Origin: Candidatus Helarchaeota archaeon | GTDB taxonomy: Archaea > Asgardarchaeota > Lokiarchaeia > Helarchaeales > RDOG01 | Length of the DNA stretch: 64,000 bases | Assembly (NCBI GenBank): GCA_019058315.1 | Contig: JAHPZH010000001.1 | Span: 599,536 to 663,535, forward strand | Direction: 5' to 3' | Shown here: positions 29,332 through 35,210 of the stretch, piece by piece | Position numbering within the stretch: position 1 is the stretch's first letter | How the letters are laid out: the number at the start of each line of letters is the position of its first letter | Translations under genes and position numbers: made by a program | Notes under the pieces: model-generated | The model's input: the letters and a program-made list of their open reading frames with translations, nothing else | Database searches by the model: none | What the model was told of the DNA's origin: nothing

Positions 29332-29482
29332 TGGCGGTAGGGGAGAGATTTGAACTCTCGCTCCCCGTGGGGAAGTAGATTTCTGGTAAAGTGAAATCTC
29401 AACTCGAGGGTAGGCTACTAAGCCGTTCCATTCTCACTGCTTCAATAGCAGTCTACCGTCGTAACCACTTGACTACCCTACC
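29332..29482 (-). tRNA. tRNA-Ser(GCT) with intron carrying CGA, GGA and TGA anticodons
   Basis: Long variable arm, G73; 65-nt intron 29381-29445. Confidence 0.92.
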
Positions 29483-29490
29483 GCTGATTG

Positions 29491-29607
29491 TGGCGGACTT
29501 GGGGAGATTTGAACTCCCAATCTACGGGTTTCTCCACGATTAAGTTCGGGTTACCCCAAAGCTTGAGATAAAAGCCCGTTGCCGTAACCTGGTTTGGCCA
29601 CAAGTCC
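29491..29607 (-). tRNA. tRNA-Lys(TTT) with intron carrying an alternative CTT anticodon
   Basis: 39-nt intron 29530-29568; CTT at 29542-29544 preceded by CCCG-AA. Confidence 0.92.
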
Positions 29608-29611
29608 GCTT

Positions 29612-29824
29612 TGGCGGGATTGCGGGGAATTGAACCCCGACCTTATGATTTCTGTACTACGGTCGCTTTCCTCCTTTTTCAAAGTCTTATTCTAAACCCT
29701 GCCATGGATAAGTCAACTGAACCCCTATTAAGGAAATTTAATCATTTTTGAGGTGAAATTAATAATTATCAAAAAGGGGCCGTAGTTAGACAGTCATAAA
29801 TCATAGCCATTAGACCACAATCCC
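29612..29824 (-). tRNA. tRNA-Asp(GTC) with 138-nt intron
   Basis: Strict BHB (CTGT/ACAG helix, ACTACGG/CCGTAGT outer stem); intron 29650-29787; G73, CCA. Confidence 0.88.
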
Positions 29825-29882
29825 ATTATTCCTCTTCGACTTCAGCCCTAATCTTAAATTAAAAAATGGGGATAATTTGTTA

Positions 29883-29929
29883 GGGGGCAATAATTAGACA
29901 GTCATTAATAACTATTGAACCACAATCCC
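29883..29929 (-). pseudogene. Degenerate copy of the tRNA-Asp 5' half plus intron start
   Basis: GGGATTGTGGTTCAATAGTTATTAATGACTGTCTAATTATTGCCCCC versus GGGATTGTGGTCTAATGGCTATGATTTATGACTGTCTAACTACGGCCCC. Confidence 0.75.
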
Positions 29930-29963
29930 CGTAAGATGTTGTTGGCTGAGTATACAACTATCT

Positions 29964-30028
29964 GGCTTCAGTACGAGAGGAACAATTTCACATTGTTTGT
30001 TTCTGACAAGAGGAACTTCATCATAGCC
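29964..30028 (-). ncRNA. Box C/D guide sRNA complementary to the 23S sarcin-ricin loop
   Basis: GGCT-ATGATGA-AGTTCCTCTTGT-CAGA-...ATGTGA...-GTTCCTCTCGTA-CTGA-AGCC: terminal stem, perfect C and D boxes, both guides antisense to (U)ACGAGAGGAAC. Confidence 0.85.
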
Positions 30029-30158
30029 TTGGGAATTATAGTTTGGATAACGACTTATATCCAAGCCCCTGCTATTTCGTTCTCTCATTTTCATTACCAA
30101 TTGCTACACCTCTTACTTTAATTGATTGTATACAATAGATTGTTTTCATCTGATAAAC

Positions 30159-30195
30159 TAATGATAGTGGCAGTAGGATTTGAACCTACAATCTT
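30159..30195 (-). pseudogene. 3' fragment of initiator tRNA-Met (direct repeat)
   Basis: 37 bp with 1 mismatch to 31002-31038. Confidence 0.9.
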
Positions 30196-30214
30196 ACAGG
30201 CTATTTGCAAAGAA

Positions 30215-30874
30215 TTAGATATTCTCTATTATGTATTTGGTCATTCCTTTTAAGATATATAACTCCTTTGTACTATCAATTCTCAATTTGCATACCCCAT
30301 TATAACTTCTACCGATTCCTCTAGAGCCATGCTTTTTTATGTAAGGTTTTGTAAACTGATTCTTTGGAATATTAAGTATTATTGACCAATAAGAAATCAT
30401 TTTTTCAATTTCATGATAAGAATGTAGATGAAGATGAATCTTAATAGAATTTTTATCGATTTTAAGAACATCTAAAAGAAATCTAAGAAAAATTTCAATT
30501 AATTTTGGGTCGGAATTACTAAATTCTATTCTATGATCACTAGATGTAGTCCCTTCGCTCTGATATAATGTTGTTCCTATTATCATTAGGTCTGACCAAT
30601 TTTCTTTTGCAATTTTCTGCCCTTCCTTATAATATAGTTTTCTTCGTTGTTTTGCTAGTTCCTTCATTTTGTGATGCCCTTTTTCTAGAATAGATTGAGA
30701 TTTCTTCTTCAGTCTATCTTTTTGTTCATTTGTTAAAATTATATCTCTTGTCCAGTTCGCAACTGTTCCCTTCGGTATTCCCATTTGTGAAGATATTTCT
30801 CCAAAAGAATACCCCTTTTTACGCAACCTCCTAGCTTTTCTCTTAATTTTTTCTTTATAACTTCTATACTTCAA
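30215..30874 (-). CDS. HTH plus LAGLIDADG-like (homing-endonuclease-fold) protein
   Basis: N-terminal HTH (LRKKGYSFGEISSQMGIPKGTVANW); GTTLYQSEG followed by IEFSNSDPKLIEIFLRFL. Confidence 0.7.
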   Translation of the reverse strand: MKYRSYKEKIKRKARRLRKKGYSFGEISSQMGIPKGTVANWTRDIILTNEQKDRLKKKSQSILEKGHHKMKELAKQRRKLYYKEGQKIAKENWSDLMIIGTTLYQSEGTTSSDHRIEFSNSDPKLIEIFLRFLLDVLKIDKNSIKIHLHLHSYHEIEKMISYWSIILNIPKNQFTKPYIKKHGSRGIGRSYNGVCKLRIDSTKELYILKGMTKYIIENI

Positions 30875-31007
30875 TGAACATCACTCTTATATCTCCATAG
30901 CCCAATAATGGCAGTTCAATTGTTTTGTTTCATATTCATATATAAACTCAACAAATTCTCCTGACTATCAAGTGAAATTTTCGTAGAGACGGGAAATTCA
31001 ATAATGA

Positions 31008-31101
31008 TAGTGGCAGTAGGATTCGAACCTACAATCTTTGGGTATCTCAATAGATTATTATTTATGAGCCCAACGAGATCTCCTGATTACTCCATGCCAC
31101 T
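31008..31101 (-). tRNA. Initiator tRNA-Met(CAT) with 19-nt intron
   Basis: A1-U72, three G-C pairs closing the anticodon stem; intron 31044-31062 with CTCA/TGAG helix. Confidence 0.92.
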
Positions 31102-31102
31102 A

Positions 31103-31241
31103 TGGTAGAGAGGAGGGGGATCGAACCCCTGCTCTTCAGTTGTCTAAAATTGTTTTGTTACAAAGACAACCATATAAGATTCGTCTTTGTATGACATTAC
31201 ATCATATCAGACTGACGCCTGAACCACTCGGCTACCTCTCT
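31103..31241 (-). tRNA. tRNA-Ile(GAT) with 63-nt intron
   Basis: TCAGT-CT-GAT-A, intron 31142-31204, A-ACTGA. Confidence 0.9.
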
Positions 31242-31243
31242 AT

Positions 31244-31351
31244 TGGTGCTGACCGGGGGAATCGAACCCCCGTCAACGGATGTCTTCATGTAAATTCGAG
31301 ATTGCGTTTCAATCGAAAGTCCGCTATACTTGTCCGCTATACTAGGCCAGC
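31244..31351 (-). tRNA. tRNA-Glu(TTC) with intron carrying an alternative CTC anticodon
   Basis: 32-nt intron 31282-31313; T-CTC-G at 31297-31301. Confidence 0.92.
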
Positions 31352-31355
31352 ACGG

Positions 31356-31492
31356 TGGAGGGCTAGGAGGGATTTGAACCCTCAACATCTCACTATCTCT
31401 GGCTAACTTACGCTACAGATACATTCCGCATAAGGAAGAGCATGTCTTCTGCATACTAGGCGAGCGCTCTAGACCATTGGAGCTACTAACCC
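31356..31492 (-). tRNA. tRNA-Thr: AGT in place, TGT after removing a 33/34 intron
   Basis: U73, CCA; BHB TCGC/GCGG-AA|TGT-A defines introns 31424-31457 and 31395-31419. Confidence 0.8.
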
Positions 31493-31578
31493 TATTTTTC
31501 CAATGCAAATGGTTCTTAAACCATACTATTTTTTAAAACTTCTTTTCATCAACTCCGTTTTTTTTATTTTAAATATGT

Positions 31579-31656
31579 TGGTGGACTCGCCGAGCTTCGA
31601 TCTCGGAGCCTCCTACTTGCAAAACAGGCGTTCTACCATTTTCGAACTACGAGTCC
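31579..31656 (-). tRNA. tRNA-Ala(TGC), atypical (A3-U70, A54)
   Basis: CCTGT-TT-TGC-AA-GTAGG; acceptor GGACTCG/CGAGTCC; T loop ATCGAAG. Confidence 0.85.
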
Positions 31657-31665
31657 ATTTTTCTA

Positions 31666-31738
31666 TGGGCAAGAGAGGATTCGAACCTCTGTGGGTTGGT
31701 CTGCATCCAACTGCATGACCTAATTCTGCCACTTACCC
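31666..31738 (-). tRNA. Atypical second tRNA-Cys(GCA)
   Basis: GTTGG-AT-GCA-GA-CCAAC; A32, A73, no encoded CCA. Confidence 0.7.
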
Positions 31739-31762
31739 ACTATTAAACAAATGTAATTTTGA

Positions 31763-31839
31763 TGGAGGATAAGACAGGATTTGAACCTGTGTGAAATTGG
31801 GTTGCAGCCAATCGCCTACGCCAACTCAGCCACTTATCC
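31763..31839 (-). tRNA. tRNA-Cys(GCA)
   Basis: ATTGG-CT-GCA-AC-CCAAT; U73, CCA. Confidence 0.95.
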
Positions 31840-31843
31840 TTAA

Positions 31844-32020
31844 TGGTGCAGGAGGAGGGATTTGAACCCTCGGTCTCAAGATTTCTTCTAGTATTAGGAT
31901 TCTGTTCGGATTCCGTTATTCGAATACTGTACTATTCGCATTCTGTTATTAGAATTCCAGATCGATGAGGATAACCTCAAAAAATTGTCTTGTAGTTTAT
32001 CCATACTAGCGTACTCCTGC
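31844..32020 (-). tRNA. tRNA-Arg with five tandem anticodon cassettes (TCT, GCG, TCG, CCG, CCT)
   Basis: A20 in D loop; stem CAAGA/TCTTG; on the + strand the insert reads Arg codons AGG 31896, CGG 31907, CGA 31921, CGC 31937 and AGA 31951, each in a tt-NNN-at context. Confidence 0.88.
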
Positions 32021-32021
32021 A

Positions 32022-32100
32022 TGGTGGGATCGGCAAGATTTGAACTTGCGATTGCTTGATCCCAAATCAAGAGTCCTAAACCATACTAGACCACGATCCC
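32022..32100 (-). tRNA. tRNA-Pro(TGG)
   Basis: CTTGA-TT-TGG-GA-TCAAG; CCA. Confidence 0.95.
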
Positions 32101-32110
32101 CAGTATAAAG

Positions 32111-32248
32111 TGGAAGGAAGGGGTTTCGAACCCCTGAACTCCTACGAGATTAGATTTCTCACAGACCTTGAGTGTCGTTCTTAGTATCGTTCTTGACCGA
32201 TAATAAATATCTTAAGTCTAACGCCTTTGACCACTTGGCTATCCTTCC
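32111..32248 (-). tRNA. tRNA-Leu(TAA) with 55-nt intron containing CAA/TAA repeats
   Basis: Long variable arm, A73; intron 32156-32210. Confidence 0.9.
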
Positions 32249-32505
32249 AATATATAGTGTAAAATTGGAAATATTGATAGAATTTAATAGAAATCTAGTT
32301 AGTATAAGAAGAAGTAGAAATTTTTTCGGATGTATTTTTTAATGTTCACCAAGAATGTCACTGAAACAACGATTCAATAATCCAATGAATTAATAGGTAA
32401 ACCGTTCGGCATAACCACTACCACGGTTGAGCCTCCATGTAGACGACTGTTGTTTCATCTTTTTTAACACATCCTTATAAAGTAATAAAAAAAAATCAAA
32501 CATAG

Positions 32506-32513
32506 TATTTAAA
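32506..32513 (-). promoter_or_regulatory. Candidate TATA box for the tRNA array
   Basis: TTTAAATA upstream of the first array gene; weak evidence in AT-rich DNA. Confidence 0.3.
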
Positions 32514-32688
32514 CTTATGGAAAATTACTGTAATGAATAAAAAAAATGAAAAATATTATCCCAATTCATTATAAATTAGTGAAATTACATTTAGGGTCAA
32601 ATTCTAATTATGATTTGTACAAGTTATTATTTAATTAAATTAAACTATTTAAATAAAAATTTCAGAATTTAATTAAGGAAGGTAAAAA

Positions 32689-33759
32689 TTGGATTTTTTA
32701 TTATTAATTTTAATATTAATTCAAATTATAATTCTGGGAATTTTGACTATATTTTTAACAAGATTATATATAATAACGAGATACTTGCCAATTATTTCCT
32801 TGATACTTTTTTCTGGTTTATTTTTAATAAATTATACATTTTTTATTCCAATTTCATGGCTTAATGAGTTCGAATTTGAAATGGCAAAATTTATTCTGGA
32901 TTTAACTTCATATTTAACATTCATTTCATTTCCATTTTTAATTTTATTTGTTGAAGGGATAAAAGGACGTCCATTTTCTCCAATATTTATTTCATACTTA
33001 TCATTAAATGCATTTACTATAGGCTATGCAACAGGATCCCGCTGGTATTACATATATCAAGGTTCTTGGATCCAGCTATACACTTTTGATCTCGATCTTC
33101 TGTCAACTATACTTTTGTCTTATTTGTTTCTAATCGTATTTTTAAGATTATTTCAATTTATATTGGATAAAAGTAGTGGTAGACCAAAAAAAATGGCAAT
33201 TATCGTAATTTTTGGACTTTTATTCGCGATAATAGGTGGTTCTTTCTCTTTATCTTCTAATATTATGTATTTTTCATTGGTAAATGTATTAATCGGAACA
33301 TCAATTACCTCCTTTGCATATTTAAAAGAACCCAATAGTTTCTTTTTATCGAATACTAATATAAAAGCTATTATGCTAATCAATAATAAAACAAAAGTAA
33401 CATATCTTACTATGAGTTTAAGTGAAGATGATAAACTAGTTATAGCAGCATCAGGAATAGGGGGTATTATGAGCTTTCTTCAAGAAATATTAGATGTAAA
33501 AAATCCTCCACTTGATCTTATCCATAAAGACTCGGGGTTCTTATTAGAGCATAATTATGAAAATGAAGTATCAGCCATTCTAATTCTTGATAAAATTGAT
33601 TATTTACTTCGATCTCCTCTCAAACATGCACTCTCATTATTTATTAAAAAGTATAAAATGGAATTAGATGGATGGAATGGACATTTAGAACCCTTTAAAA
33701 ACTTTAAAGAAGATCTCCAAAAAATTTTCAAATTTGCTTTACCCGTTTCAAAAGAATAG
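32689..33759 (+). CDS. Polytopic membrane protein with C-terminal longin-like domain
   Basis: About 7 hydrophobic segments, then SGIGGIMSFLQEI...F.KKY..ELDGWNG.L.PF..F. Confidence 0.6.
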   Translation: MDFLLLILILIQIIILGILTIFLTRLYIITRYLPIISLILFSGLFLINYTFFIPISWLNEFEFEMAKFILDLTSYLTFISFPFLILFVEGIKGRPFSPIFISYLSLNAFTIGYATGSRWYYIYQGSWIQLYTFDLDLLSTILLSYLFLIVFLRLFQFILDKSSGRPKKMAIIVIFGLLFAIIGGSFSLSSNIMYFSLVNVLIGTSITSFAYLKEPNSFFLSNTNIKAIMLINNKTKVTYLTMSLSEDDKLVIAASGIGGIMSFLQEILDVKNPPLDLIHKDSGFLLEHNYENEVSAILILDKIDYLLRSPLKHALSLFIKKYKMELDGWNGHLEPFKNFKEDLQKIFKFALPVSKE

Positions 33760-33856
33760 AAATTTATTATATTCTTATCAAAGCAAAAATAATAGATGGG
33801 TATTTTATATAAAACAATTTATTAATTATTTAATAAAATAGCGTGGAGAAAAATTA

Positions 33857-34408
33857 ATGAAATTAGTTATAGCAATAACAGGCGCTTCTGGGATGATATA
33901 TGCCAGAAATTTACTCCATTATTGTAAGGATAAATTTGAAGTTCATTTAATCATTTCAAAGCCTGCCGAAATCATATTAGAACAAGAATTAAAAATTAAA
34001 AAAGAATATTTTCGAGATTATGCTAAGAAAATTTATTCTCCTGATGATATAAAAGCACCGTTAGCCAGTAGTTCATTCAAAGCAAATGCCTATATCGTTG
34101 TTCCATGTTCAAATAAAACTCTTGCATGTATTGCTAACGGAATTTCTCTAAATCTTATTACGCGGACCTGTGAGGTGGCATTAAAAGAAGATAGGAAACT
34201 CATAATTGTCAATAGAGAAACCCCTTTAAGTTTGATTGCTTTAGAAAATATGGTAAAGTTAAAGAGAGCAGGAGCTATAATTCTTCCTGCTATGCCAGGA
34301 TTTTATCATTCTCCAAAAAACTTAGATGATATAGCTAATTTTATTGTTGGCAGAATATTAGATCAATTAGATTTAAGTCATAATTTCGTTAAATATGAGC
34401 CCATATAG
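33857..34408 (+). CDS. ubiX: Flavin prenyltransferase
   Basis: ITGASG, PCS.KTL, RETPL, PAMPGFYH. Confidence 0.95.
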   Translation: MKLVIAITGASGMIYARNLLHYCKDKFEVHLIISKPAEIILEQELKIKKEYFRDYAKKIYSPDDIKAPLASSSFKANAYIVVPCSNKTLACIANGISLNLITRTCEVALKEDRKLIIVNRETPLSLIALENMVKLKRAGAIILPAMPGFYHSPKNLDDIANFIVGRILDQLDLSHNFVKYEPI

Positions 34409-35198
34409 TTGGTGTAAGCGTTTGAAAGAATTAATTTTAATAAAAATAGGAGGGGCTTTAATTACAGATAAAAACCAAGAAACTCCTACTGCCAACTTGA
34501 CTAATCTCCGTAGGATCGTGGAGGAAATTAAGGAGGGGTTCGATCCAAATGTTAATAATTTAGTTCTAATTCATGGAGCAGGGTCATATGGTCACCCCAT
34601 AGTGAAATCCACTGGAATAGATAAAGGAATAAAGAATGATAAGCAAGTTTTAGCATTTGCTAAAACACAAAAGCTCCAAAATGAATTAAACGCAATCGTT
34701 TGTGAAGAATTAGAATCTATAGGCTTACCCGCTATACCATTTCAACCCTCCGCTTCAGCTGTTATGAAAAGCGGAAAATTAATTTCTCTAAACGTCAGTT
34801 TAATAAAAAATTTACTAAATCTCTCATTAATCCCAGTTTTATATGGTGTTCCCGCATATGATGTGGTTCAAGGTTGTTCTATTTTATCGGGAGACCAAAT
34901 AATTACATATTTAGCAAAAAATCTTGAACCAAAGAGAATTATTCTTGCCACAAATGTTCCTGGTGTATTAAATAAAAAAAATGAGGTTATTAAGCGAATT
35001 GATAAAAGTAATTTTGAAACCATAAGACCTCTTTTAGAAAATGTAACAATACCTGATGTAACTAGAGGGATGTTAGGTAAAGTCGAAGAACTTTTACAAA
35101 TTAAAAATATTGCCTCGGAAATTATCGGGGGAGAACCTGGAACTATAAAAAAAGCTTTAAAGGGTGAGAAGGGATTAGGAACTATAATAATTGGATGA
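34395..35198 (+). CDS. ipk: Isopentenyl phosphate kinase
   Basis: KIGGALITDK, HGAGSYGH, ILSGD, DVTRGM.GK. Confidence 0.88.
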   Translation: MSPYSWCKRLKELILIKIGGALITDKNQETPTANLTNLRRIVEEIKEGFDPNVNNLVLIHGAGSYGHPIVKSTGIDKGIKNDKQVLAFAKTQKLQNELNAIVCEELESIGLPAIPFQPSASAVMKSGKLISLNVSLIKNLLNLSLIPVLYGVPAYDVVQGCSILSGDQIITYLAKNLEPKRIILATNVPGVLNKKNEVIKRIDKSNFETIRPLLENVTIPDVTRGMLGKVEELLQIKNIASEIIGGEPGTIKKALKGEKGLGTIIIG

Positions 35199-35210
35199 GG
35201 AAGTGTTTTT

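Larger units (their letters stand above)
30159..31038 (-). mobile_element. Single-gene insertion at the tRNA-iMet 3' end flanked by 37-bp direct repeats
   Basis: Repeats at 30159-30195 and 31002-31038 enclose only the 219-aa ORF. Confidence 0.65.

Noticed and set aside
29650-29787. C/D guide or homing endonuclease within the Asp intron
   Set aside because: No CTGA or RTGATGA boxes on the sense strand, and too short for a nuclease.
29968-29983. TCAGTACGAGAGGAAC as an rRNA gene fragment
   Set aside because: Flanks are not rRNA-like; it is explained as the antisense guide plus D box of a C/D sRNA.
28494-31718. Short track ORFs in the array (28494, 29078, 29912, 29915, 31140, 31197, 31503)
   Set aside because: They overlap tRNA genes, the C/D sRNA or the HNH frame and have no protein motifs.
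31844-32020. Pseudo-tRNA with ATT anticodon, or a mini-CRISPR
   Set aside because: A33 and T37 make the in-place loop invalid; the 11-16 nt units vary at Arg anticodons and have no spacers or cas genes.
23131-32248. Intact provirus or integrative element
   Set aside because: No integrase, replication or virion genes are visible in the window.
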